Shown here piece by piece: positions 27,240 to 39,159 of a stretch of DNA of 64,000 bases. The position numbers and the translations under genes were made by a program. The stretch is from Takakia lepidozioides (lineage: Eukaryota > Plantae > Bryophyta). The stretch is taken from the NCBI GenBank assembly GCA_030704615.1, contig CM060733.1:53444001-53508000 (forward strand), read 5' to 3'. A model generated the notes under the pieces. The model was not told where the DNA came from and ran no database searches. It saw only the letters and a list, made by a program, of their open reading frames with translations. Numbering within the stretch: the first letter of the stretch is position 1; each line of letters starts with the position of its first letter.

Positions 27240-29355
27240 CTAAGAAGCGAACTCCATTTTTTCTCCCACTTAATAGAGAAGGATTGAGCAGGTGAGAGAA
27301 GGGAGTTAAAAAAAAGAGTGGGCTCTGTCCATCCACGACCACTAATCACCGGGATCAAATTGCAATCCTGCAAGAGGCAGAGATAAGAACCAATTGAAAT
27401 GAGAATGCTGGGCCCAGTGGCTTTCTGTTTCCATTGGAGGCAGGAGATTGGCTGTCCCTGATGTACAGTCAAGGATCCTTACCCGGTAGAGGTCGGTTTT
27501 GGGAACACTTCTCTCCCCTATGAGGACCAGCCCCCCGCCTTGAGCACTTTGAAGCTTATGCCTACAGCTCTACTTCCGTTAAATATCCAGGAAAGAGCCA
27601 GAAGAATATTCCTAGGGCTCTCCCCAGTGCTACCAAACTAGGCACGCGGGATCCATTCCGTTTGATCTCCCTGCAGTAAGAATCGAATGTATAGAGGTAT
27701 CTGAGAGGTAATGTAAGGCCAAGAAACAGTGGAACGGCGAGTGCCAAGAGCTGAAGCAATGAGAGGGGTAGGAATGAAATCTCCCTGTTCCCAAATATTG
27801 GTCATGTGCACGAATCCTTCTTTCTCCCAGGATGCCCATTTAGGGGGAATGCTAGGTCGTGAGCCCAGCCCCGAGAGCCCACCCACGTAGCATGAAAGTG
27901 GTCTAAGTATGCAGGCCTATTACTACGGAAGGTCACCCATTCCCGCGGAAATATGCCTATTACAAACCGTAAGTGCAAACCCTAAATCCCATACCCAAAC
28001 CTTAAACCGTGAAACCTAACCCTAAACCCTAAACCCCAACCGGAGTGAATGAAACTGTCCAGTGAAATCCATGCAATGTATTTAGAACAATTACAAGTCA
28101 ACGACATTGTCAAAAGAAAAAAAACAATCCATACAGTCCCAATGTTTGAATAGTGTTTTTTTGCGAAAATTTTCCCTAACATTGCATTCATACATTTTTT
28201 CTTCTTCCAATCCATTTGTTTTTTAAAGCCCTCTAAGTTCCGTGGGAGACTAGAGTGTCCCCCCACAGTTGTACAATTTTGAGGTACATGAATGTCAATG
28301 AGATGAAGACTGAGAAGAGAATTTTGAGTGTCTTCGTTCGGAAGACAACAACAAAGTGTCATGGCTTGTAGGCCCATGCACTCATACACTTGACTACTGT
28401 ACCATATGTACATAAGGATGAAATCCGTCCGTTTCAACATGTGTACTGAATTTGTAAACCAAATTGCAAGCATGGGAACACCAATTTTAAGTACAAGAAC
28501 CACAAAATTAAACAGACGACCACTTTACAAGCGGGTGCCCTCCTACATTATATGAAATTCAAGAGGGTTCAGTGTCACGGTTGTCAGCTGGGAGTGACAG
28601 GCGTGTAAGTGTGTTTTCCACGTCATTCCAGAAAACAAAAATTGCGGCCGAAGTCAGGGTCAAAATTCACTACTGCTAACGTTTTCGTTGAAACACTCAT
28701 GTCATGATCGTCAACGATCATGACATTTGCATATTGAACCAGGAAAAAAAAACAAAAACAAAAACAATTTTTTTCCTTTAACAAGTTCGAGATTGAGGCA
28801 AATATTTCCGACCCCTCTATATAGTGTGGTGTTGATAGTAGTGTATTGTTGGCTTGTCCCAATTTACTTGGGATAGAGGCATTGTGGGGACTCCTTATGA
28901 GCGGTATGGGTGCGATAATGGAGGTAAGCTGAATGGATAAGCCTCCAGAATAATACCTTCACTAGGTGGTGAGTGGTTGATCTCCCCTTCCCTAGTTATT
29001 ACATATATTATTAGCTTTAAGGAAGATTAATATATATTCCATTTGAATCATTTATAAGCTTTTCGACATTGAGAGTAGATGACAGAAGACACGTGTGAAA
29101 AGATAATGATAGGTAATTACAGCGTAGAGCGTACACTTTTAATATATGAGCATCTATATCTATCTATATACATTGTAGTTTGGCACATTATCAACGTATC
29201 AGGTGTAGCTTGGTGGTGAGAAGGTTGGAATACTTGCCAGTAGGTGTTGAGTTCAAACTTTACATGCCACGTAGAATATATATTTTTGAAGAGGCCAGGA
29301 ACCTGGATGGAAAGGTTCATTCATTGTAAGCTTTTTTTGACATTGAGAACAGATG

Positions 29356-29517
29356 ACGACCGAAGGTCGAGAGCTAGTTTAGCATAGAGCAGGAATAGGG
29401 TGCCATAATGCCACGTCATCGTCGCCACGTTTCGTCGCCACCTGTCGTAGCCACCTGTCGTCGCCACGTTTCGTACGTCGTCAATTTCTTTCTATCTGCC
29501 CGGATTGCCCGAAAAAT
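29356..29517 (+). repeat. Left arm terminus of a long inverted repeat (pairs with 62041-62155)
   Basis: ACGACCGAAGGTCGAGAGCTAGTTTAGC.TAGAG.AGGAATAGGGTGCCATA.TGCCACGTCATCGTCG... is near-identical to the reverse complement of 62041-62155. Confidence 0.9.
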
Positions 29518-29589
29518 CCGAAAATAACTTCTTGAACGGTACTTCGTCGAGACTGACCTTTTTCCTCTCTGCTTCTGTTTGATGTTCAA

Positions 29590-29591
<2 letters not shown>

Positions 29592-29623
<32 letters not shown>
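29592..29623. repeat. (GA)n microsatellite
   Basis: Direct reading. Confidence 0.95.
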
Positions 29624-29628
<5 letters not shown>

Positions 29629-30037
29629 ATGGCTACATAGGTTGTTAAGGCCTGGCATTTAGAACAGGTTTAGCTAGGTTTGGCTTGCCAAGGCGATCTA
29701 TAATATACAGCCATGAAGTGTCAAGAAGGGTTAGAAAGAGCTCGACTGTGCGGAGGGCATTTCTTTAAACGGCGCATCCAGGAGAGCGTTCTCCAGAGGA
29801 AAAAAGGTGAGCATATTTATCCTTCACAATGGTGGGACAACCTACATAGCAAGGTGTGGGCTTTCTTCTTACATGATGTAAAGAAGGTTTTCTGTTCTGC
29901 AAAAGTGGTTGTCTCTGTCTGTATCATAGATTGTTGTTCCTAAAAAGGCCATGAAATTGCATTGCGCAAGGGTTTTTCTTGGTGTTTACAAGGTACTTGG
30001 GAGGGTCTTCTTGGTTTTGGGAGGCCGTCTTGAAACT

Positions 30038-31165
30038 ATGGCTGCCCTGGAAAAGGGCAAAGATGTGCATGGTTGTATTGCCAAAGCTGGAATTGTACCA
30101 GATGTGATTCTGAACAATACCCTCGTTGACATGTATGCCAAATGTGGGGGCATTGAGGATGTGGAGGGAGTGTTCAACAATATGGCTGAACGAGATTTGG
30201 TGTCATGGAACGCCATGCTTGTAGGATATGCACAACAGGGGTGCGGGATGGAGGCCTGGGGGAAGGGGTGAAGCCCGACCACATCACGTTTGTGTGCGTT
30301 TGCAATGTGTGTGCAAGCTTGGTAGCCCTGGAAAAGGGCAAAGAGGTGCATGGTGACAACTTGTACCAAATGTCATTCTGGACACTGCCCTGGTTCACTT
30401 GTATGCGAAATGTGAGTGCAATGAGGATGCAAAGGGAGTATTTGACAATATGGCTGAATGAAATGTGGTATCGTGGAATGCGATGATCGCAGGATATGCT
30501 CAGCATGGTTGTCATAGGGAGGTCCTGCAACTATTTGAAGGAATGCAAAAGAAATGCTTGAAGCCGGACAGTATCACCTTTATATGTGTTCTCTCTGCAT
30601 GCAGCCACACTGACCTACTGAATGAAGGAAGATGCTACTTCGATTCCCTGAGTCAAGATCATTGTATCAATCTGACAGTAAAGCACTTTGGCTGCATGGT
30701 GGACCTTCTTGGACGTGCGGGACAACTGGATGAGGCAGTGGACCTGATTAATAAAATGCCAATCAATTCAGATGTTGTGGTGTGGAAGGCCTTGCTTGGT
30801 GCCTGCAGAATCCATGGCAATGTGGAGATGGCTGAATGTGTGGCAACATCTATCTTCAAGTGGGATGAACAGGATGCCGCGACTTATGTGTTGCTATATC
30901 AAACATCTATGTTGCAGCTGGCAGGTGGGATGATACTGCAAAGGTGAGAAGAATGATGAACGTTAGATGGGTTAGAAAGGAACCAGATGACAAGTTGCAT
31001 CCCAGAATTAAGGAAATTCATGCTGAGCTCAGAAGATTGTTTGGGCAGATGAAGGAGGCGGGGTATGTGCCTGACACACGCTTTTTATTGCATGATGTGG
31101 AGAACAGGAATTTTCTCTTTGCCACCACAGTGAGAAGCTGGCCATTGGTTTTGGGCTGATCAACC
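30038..31165 (+). pseudogene. PLS-E-DYW PPR pseudogene (RNA-editing-factor-like), frameshifted, DYW truncated
   Basis: LVDMYAKCG, VSWNAM, ITFICVLSACSH, HFGCMVDLLGRAGQLDEA, WKALLGACRIHGN, MKEAGYVPDT, HSEKLAIGFGLI. Confidence 0.9.
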
Positions 31166-31799
31166 ATATCATCCCCATATCATGCGTATAAGCCCTGCTG
31201 AATGTACTCACCATGAATTTGGTCCCCCCTTGGTCGTTGGAAGCCCTGGCCCACTTACTTAGTGACTTCTGGCCGACCAGATTTCGCCTTCCGTTTCTTC
31301 CCTGTTCTGGATAGCTTTTACTTCCCCCTTAGCTGCACGGTTCTCCTCCCTCCCCCGCATCGTCACCCGTATTTTTTGCGCACGCTTCGGCTCCCCCTCA
31401 TCCTTCGGGGGTCTTTGCTTCCCCTTGCCGATCCCCTCTCCGGTCTGCTCCCCCTTGCCCTTCATGTGTTCCTTCTCCTTCCCCTTATCCTTTGTTTCTT
31501 TTTGATCCACCTGCTCCATGCCCTGCAGGTTCACTTGGCGTCCCGAAGTTTTTGCAGCAACCCTATGCCGTGTTCGACCTGCTACTGGGCCAGATGATGG
31601 TTTGCCGGAGGTCAAACCCACGTGTAGGGGGGTTGGAGCAGAAACCATAGGCGCAAGCACCGTCAGACCCGTGGTGAATGTGGAGCCAGGGGTGACCCCC
31701 AATTCAAAAACACCCTTAACAGTTAATTGCCTGCCTGTGTGACTTCGTGAACTTGTGTACAATGCAGAAACCAAAATAGACTAAGGGAAAAGCTCCCAG

Positions 31800-32695
31800 A
31801 GGACAAGGGCTGCCTTGTTTTCTTCAAAGGCACTCCACATGAGTCCATTCTGGGTTCATGGGATTATCTACGGTTGTCAAAATTGTATGGGGAAGCGGGG
31901 GATGGAGGGGTGTTTTTGTATGCCAATATTTTGCAGCTATCCCTGGAGGAGAGTAATCGTTGCTGGTGGGCTGTGATGGACACACTGATATGGACGGCTT
32001 TGGAGGCATCATCCAAGGACGACCTTCGCAGGATTTCCAAAGGGCTTGTAAATGATTGGGTAACTGAGAAGTGCCTAGGGAAGGATCCAGATAAGGTTTA
32101 GACATGGTTCGTCCCCTTATGCTCAGCGTACGTCCCTCAATCCTCCTATTTTGCAGCTTTGACCAACTTTGATTTGATTTGGAGAATGGAAAGCATTAGT
32201 GGTGTCTGGCCTCAAACACATGTGCATTCTGCAGGGGCCATTGGAGTTTGATGGTTTTTGATAAGTCCAAGTTTGTTCATCTGAATTCCATGAAATCATT
32301 CAAATCCCATAGCCGACTTGCCTTTGAAACGCGTCTTCGCACTTTCAGAGCATACCTACACAAAGCCGAACCGGACTCATTACTTTGGAATGAAATAATG
32401 GCATGGGAGTGGCTGGAACCTGAGGTGCCAAAAACCAAGCGGCTGGGAGTGTGGCTACTTTGTAATGATTTTCATACAGAAATACTTGGAGACCAAAATC
32501 ACAAAAAAATGGGGGGCAACTTTTACAGCAGATTGGTTTACATGTGAGTACACAGTATCAAAGCAAGATTTTCTTTCTGGATGGATAGTGGATAATTGGG
32601 ATGATGCAGATTTGCAGCGTAGACTATCGCATGTGCATGCCTCGGATGCCTCAGATGTAGCTATTGTATCTCCATTCCCCACGAAAAAAAAATGA
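31800..32695 (+). pseudogene. Ulp1/peptidase C48-like SUMO protease remnant
   Basis: GHWSLMVFD...LNSM (His; the catalytic Asp position reads Asn) and frameshifted VPK-PSGWECGYFVM (Cys); probable intron at ~32095-32234. Confidence 0.6.
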
Positions 32696-32749
32696 AGCTT
32701 GTCCTCCTCTTTGTAATCCCTTTGTGCCTTCTTTGGCGTCCACTGTGCT

Positions 32750-34030
32750 GTGAAGGGGATGAAGGGGTGAGGGGGTGAGAGGATCCTTGAGGTGGATCAG
32801 ACAACCAGGGATGAGGGGGGCCAGGGGGGCTCAGGGGGCTCAGGTCAGGCGGTCGGGGATGAGGGGATGAAGAAGACAAGGGATTGTATAAGGGGTTAGC
32901 GGGGATCGGGGAAGCATGGGAACGAGGGGAGTGGCCGGGCAAATGAGGGGATCAGGGAACCAAGGGAATGGGTGGGGAGAACAGGGGAATGGTTGGGGAG
33001 ATCAGGGGATTAGGGAAGCAGGGGAACCGGCCGGGAGAAGAGGGGATCAGGGAACCAGAAACAGGCCGGGAGATGAGGGGATCATGGAGGGAATGTCGGG
33101 AGCTGGACGGGGGATAAGGGGATGAGGGGTCCACGGGGTGAGGGGATGAGGGAATGTAGGTTTCGAATCGGGGGATCGGGGGATTACTGGTGAAAAGTCG
33201 CGTGTGAAGGGGCAAGTTGTGAAAGGTCATGTCCGTGTTTTGCACTATGAAAGGTCACGTCCCTTGCATGTACGAATGGTGCATAAGCATGCAACAAAAA
33301 CTGAAAATAAGCCCCAAAGCAAAATCTGAAATTTGCCCAACAATGGCGGAGACCCCAGAGTCGGAAGATGACCCAGAGCCCACAAACTTTCGCTTTAGTC
33401 CAGACAGTGTCATTTGCTCTCTGAAAGGGACGATCATACTGAAGCATCGGTTTTATGGTGCACTTCCTTGCAATTGCAATGGTATCATCCTTTTCAAATG
33501 GAGAACTTTGAACTGGTGGCTTCACGTTGGAAGCGAATGTATAATGGTTATGAGACAAAATGGCTTTCCAAACCACATATACGGTGTCCGATATGTTATA
33601 TACACTATGGGAATCCAAATGGTTCCCACCGAGGTCACCACAAATGTCTCTCATACCACTGTGAATCGCACAAAACATCATGGGTCACTGAACACAAGGC
33701 GCTGGCTTCAATAATTGCCCCGCCGGATGACAGCCGCACTGCCTTGTTGAATGAACTCTTTGGGTGATACATGGGGGAGCAATGCACGGTGAAGGGGACC
33801 GGGCATATAAGTCCATTGCGAAGCCGCAGGGGATGGGGGGAATGAGGGGGAGTAGTGAATGGGAAGGGGATCACGGGGAGTTGAGCACAACATCGGGAAG
33901 CAGCGGTGTGAGGGGGCCAGCTGTGATGAGAAGGGGGATGAAGGGGATCAGGGAACCTCTGTCATTTCAGGGGAGCAGAGGCCGAAGCACTACACGAAGA
34001 GGGGGATGATGGGAGGAGGGGAGCAGTGTG
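32750..34030 (+). repeat. Two G-rich, purine-skewed low-complexity tracts (32750-33190 and 33770-34030)
   Basis: Dense GGGGA and GAGGGG runs on the + strand. Confidence 0.7.
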
Positions 34031-34133
34031 CTTGCAATGCAAAAAAGGTGGCAGGGAACGCACTAGAGACTGGTGGCAACCGTTTTTCAGTATTGGAATT
34101 CAGGATTGTTAATTTAAAGGCTAAACATAAAAG

Positions 34134-34340
34134 CAACGACGCAATGGCGTGAGCGTTGCACGTGAGCGCGCGAGCGTACGCTCACGCAGGAGGACGTGGC
34201 GTGAGCGTACGCTCACGCCAGCTGACGTGGCGTGAGCCTGCACACACGCTGACGTGGCGTGAGCGTCATGTCAGCATGCTGATGTGGCGGTAAATGATGA
34301 CGTGGCACTGTCCGTCAACTGCCACGTCAGCATTAACATG
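34134..34340 (+). repeat. Candidate terminus and subterminal repeats of the autonomous Mutator-like element
   Basis: CAACGACGCAATGGCGTGAGC followed by repeated GCGTGAGC, GCTCACGC and CTGACGTGGC. Confidence 0.6.
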
Positions 34341-34782
34341 CGCCGCCTATAACCGTGGATGGTCCTATTACCGTGGAATTAATGCAGGGAATCTTGCCTA
34401 AATAGAATCAAGACGAGCGTTGAGGCCTACAATTGCAGCATCCAACATTGTGCAATTACAAATGCTTGTTTCACTTTTACAATTACGAAGACGACAAAAT
34501 ATCCTCACAAAGTGTGCGCCATAAAGGCTGCCACGAGAAGACTTCCTCCCTCCTCAAATAACAATGAGAGTTATGATCATCTTCAAAAGATGATTGTAGT
34601 GCATAGCGACAGCAAGACATGTAGACTTCGAACGGTGCAATGACAAATGTGCACTACCTAAAAGTTGTCACTCAGACCTCACTCCGTATAGTTGGAGGCC
34701 ATATCATTGCACAGCCGACGAATTGATGTGAATTACACATTTCAAATCATGGTCATCCACATACCACATTACATAGTTCATG

Positions 34783-37700
34783 CTACCCATGTGTTGTATC
34801 CCGCTGCAAAAGAGTATCGACCTCGTTGAAACTCATAGTGGCCTGGTGAATGAAGTTGTCACGTTTGGGATCGCAAACCATCCTCCTCAAAAATATGAAA
34901 TACAAATGTTTGCAGGGTATGAATTTACCTCTCTTGCCCAAACTGGTTGATAGCATATTCACAAAATCAGGACATGTGCAATTGGGGAAATTGGAAACCG
35001 TGATGTCGTAGGTCCTGTCATGAACAGCAGATGTGGAAGTGATGATTGTGAATACCCGACCATATCCTGGATCGGGTACTTCCGTGGTGCTTCCGACACG
35101 AGCTTGGAGCATTCTTGCGGACTCCACTTTGCCAAAGTGTTCAGCGGTTGGAGGGAAACGCCGAACGAGCTTTCCATCTCGTTTGGTTGGCCACAAGTCA
35201 GGATTTGCCGGGGGGACCCGGGAGGACGCAGGAGTAGTAGCACATGCATGGAGTTGGGGTTGTCTCGCAAGGGAAAAACCTGCCTCCTCCAGCATTTCAA
35301 TCTCCTGAAAGCTGAGATGTGTTCCCACCTTCACGGGCCAAACGGTTGGAGGAGATGGCTTCATCACTACGGAAGGACGCACAGTTCCATGCACACATCT
35401 GGCACAATCATCTGCGCAGAACCAGAACTTGTGGTTCTTGGCTTCTGGTTGACCGTATGGACGCATCAAGCCCGTGAAAGTCGGAGCAGGAGTTCGGGCA
35501 CCACCTCTGGATATAGATGAAGTGCACTTCTCAAATTAGTTGCCCTGATCGCTGTACATTTCACACGAGACCCGACACTTGTGCGTTCTATGTGCCAAAC
35601 GTGGTCGGGGCATGCGGACTCAAGCACATCAAGGGGGTTGTTTCTCTCCTGCACCATTTCAGTGGCACGGTTTGATGCTGGAGCTTGCCGTCGTGTTGGA
35701 GGTTCCTCCACAATGGAGGTTCCGGACATGGAGCTGTCATGCAGGGGAACACGAGGCTTCGAGAAGTTATCACGGTCTGCCCTGTGGGAATCTGAATCCG
35801 AACCAGGTGGAGTGTTCAATTTCCTCTTACAGGAGCCGAATCTCTCCTCCCCTTCAAGATGTGGAACTCTAGAAACAAGTGGCGTTCCCTGGGCATACAT
35901 GCTCACCGCCCGTGCTATCTTGATTGGATCCCCAGATCTGTTTGCAGCACGCAACATCAACTCCCATTTGTCCGGACCCTTGCCACCAACCCCACCTCGT
36001 AAGAAATCACGGTATCGGGTTTGTTGTTGCAAGGCACGTATCAAATCATCTGTTGTTGCCACATACAAATCCCGACCTCGTTTCCCAGACTGCTGCAACC
36101 ATGCATTGTGCACAGTTTCTGCCAAATTGCAAGATGGCATGTCCGCCATTTCCTCAATGGACATGTTCTGCAAAGAGGATAACCACACTTCAGAATAGTG
36201 CACAGGAAACAACATAAAGAAAGCAATGAGTCAAAAATATGGAAAGCAAATGTATGAATAAAGCATGAAATAGAAGCCTCGTACCATTGTCATGGCTGCT
36301 CCCCACTGTCTATACCGGAAGTGCCAAAACGCCAGCCAATCTTCCAATGCTCTCATACTCTCAAGTGATGCAGCTCCAGAAGAGAACCACCAGGCACGAA
36401 TTGTCTGGAACAAAGTGTCCGCCTCCTTCATTGTTCTAGCATCTTTGTACTCTTTGCACAATTTACGGTGCTGAGTCTGCATCTCTGGTTTGATGTCCGA
36501 CTTTGTATGTTTTTCCAGAGATTGTGTCCAATGGAATAGACATGTACGCTCTCTTCCTGGCATAGGCACTTTTGGGTCGCCCGATCCGAAGACAATACGA
36601 ATAGCATTGAAATTTGCTTGAGCACTATCCGCCATGAAACCTGCGAAATTTGGAGATGGCAGCCCATGGCAGCCCATGACACGTATCAGGGAATTCCACA
36701 TGAGCTTCTGGGATTCCGTATCCTCGGATTGCATGTCACAAACTGCAATTGTCATAACTCGTTGGTACACTGGATCGTAGACATGACAAGCCATTGTCGT
36801 CCAATCCTTCACTCGTTTCACATGATCAAACATAAGAAAACAGTTCTGCAAGTCCCCAGTCTTCTGCATCCGCTTCACGAGGCTAACCCCACTGCCCTCC
36901 CCAACAGTCGACATTTTGAAAAGAAAAACTTTGATGGCACCTTGACCTGGGAATACATTGTCCTGGATGTAATCGTACTTGCTCAGTCGTTTCAATTCCA
37001 AAATATTGTCTATGTAGCCTCTGATCCCAGAGCCCATTCTCAATGCATTGATCTGATGCCGAATGTTAGGTGAACTTAAAGTGGAGAAATGATCCATGAC
37101 CAGGTCCAATGCTGCACCGTCAAGTTTAGTCCCCACAGAATCTCCTTCACTCAAAATATGGCTTTCCAAGAAGGACTTGCTTGCGCCAAGAGCAATTGCA
37201 GATGTTGTTGCGGATGGGTTTCTCCCGAACTCCTGTTTGATCAACCTCGATACTGTCTCAACACTCTCCCTGTAATCCCCCTTCGAGACAGGATGGTTAT
37301 GGAATCCAAAATGCACACAAGCTCTCGTCATTGTATTCAAACGGTGGACAACATAGTACATTCTTGCTCCGCAGAGCGCCAAGCAGGATGGCACAAGTTT
37401 GCAGAATTTGCAGACGAAAGTGTTTGCCGGTGGAGGGGCAGTCCCAGGCTGAAATGGATTCTCCGCCAGACCCTCCCATTCGCTTTGATTATGAACACCA
37501 GACTGAAGAAAGTGTCTGCAATTCAAATTATCACACCTAAGGTGTCCATTGCAAACTGTCCTCCTGAAAACAAGCTTGTCATCATTCTGAATATTGGATG
37601 TTTTTGTTCTGCACCACGGGTGCCCGTCGTGTTTCTTGTCCATTCCATGCATCATGATTGTTACACCTCCAACTCGCGGAGGAGGAGGCAGCTCGAATAG

Positions 37701-38296
37701 GATATCGCCATCAAAAGTCTCCGGCAAGAACTTCACAGGCACCTGCTTCAAAGATTCCCAATCAATTCCCCGCAACTCACTTTTGAATCCAGCCATTCCT
37801 CCCATCGCCCGCAATTTTGGAATGACACTACAAATCTCTTCTTCATCAGCTTCTGCAACCCAGTAGGAAGGACTGGATTTGGAATTTCACTTATGTCATC
37901 ATCGGAAGAATCCGAAAGCTCAACGATTGGAGTGGAGGAAGTCTGTTCTTTTTTCACCACCACCTCCCTCTTGTCTTCAACGACCGAAGCAGCAGTCCCG
38001 GGCGTCACATATGACCCAAGGGACTTTCGCCGAGGCTCTCCAAGTACTCTGTATCGACCAGGACGCACTCTCCACTGGCTGATATGAGCCGTCTCATCAC
38101 GGTTTTGGAAAGAATATTTCACCAACTTCCCTTTCAGATCGTAAACCTCTTTCTCCAAAAAGATGGAGCCATTCTGCAGCTGAAAACGGGTAGCCAAGAC
38201 ATGTTCCAGAACAATTGCAAATCCATTGTCAAGGACTTCCTGGGAGAACGGCACTGGTTTGTCGTCTGAGAAGAACTCCGCTTCAGAGGAAGCCAT
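34783..38296 (-). pseudogene. Mutator-like DDE transposase with an N-terminal GCM/WRKY-like zinc domain and a C-terminal SWIM finger; two apparent frameshifts and one short intron
   Basis: PWCRTKTSN...RRTVCNGHLRC...CKFC...GFHNHP (GCM-like); FLMFDHVK (D1); FMADSAQA (D2); RTCLFHW (CxxH); CNLAETVHNAW (E); CTCPDF...PCKHLYFIF (SWIM). Confidence 0.8.
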
Positions 38297-39159
38297 CTTC
38301 CTTCCTCGAGTATGTTTGTACCTTGCTTGCTATCGCAGATCTAGTGTAAATCGGTTTACTTACTGCTGTCTCCAGAACACAGTTGAAGAATGAGCAGAGC
38401 ATATGGCGGAGGAAGCTCAGATAACGACTGTGCATATTCTGTTATTCATTCCAGATATGCAGCCGTCCATTTTAATTACTTTTCTTGTGGGCCCAGTGGT
38501 CAGAGAATCCCTAGGGGCAGTGTCGGCAACTGTTAAACCGTTAATCAGAACCTCATCAATAAACCCAATAACAAAGCCGACTTCCTGGAAGCATGCCACA
38601 GGATCTGAGAATGGGATTGCAGATTAAGTAAATGTATCTATATACTACTACCAATGATCATGCGCACCTGGAAAGTTCCAAATGTGAACGAATGTGGGGT
38701 TTGGATAACAAGGATGACCGTGTATGATATTCCAAAATTTGTCATCAAACTCTCGTTCATTTATATTTATTTTGTTTAAGACTGCGCATCAATTTCTGGG
38801 ATTCGCTGTTCTTTTTAAATATTGAACCCGTTATAATAAAGAACACGCCGTTTTTTTTGGGCGGCACACGTCAGACATCCATAACTGAATACGAACAGCT
38901 GTACACCAATTGCTGGCATGTGCACTAATAAGGAAACGACTATGTGTAACGGTCACGCGGAGGGAATCCGATGCTTCTAGAGACACGCAAGAACACAGGC
39001 AATCCCGCAGAAATCGGGAGTCACTGGTTTTTCTACTTTTCGCGCTTAGCTTAGAGGGAGAGTGGTAGTCAAGCTGGAGAGGGTTCCTTCTAGAATACGA
39101 AAGAGAAGAAAGTCTCTTTATTTTACTTCCCTTAGAGAGAGACGCAGAGCAAGAGAGAA

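Larger units (their letters stand above)
24400..27960 (-). mobile_element. 3' fragment of an L1-type LINE ORF2 (zf-RVT), split by a TIR element
   Basis: WKEIWR...AFLWK, CDMCSGIQETLEHRLVTCPWAKKVW, WAVWKSRC. Reading continues KWEKKWSSLLS on the far side of the insertion. Confidence 0.8.

Noticed and set aside
31200-31790. LINE ORF1-like fragment on the minus strand
   Set aside because: Low-complexity K/E/G-rich frame without a diagnostic motif; cannot be supported.
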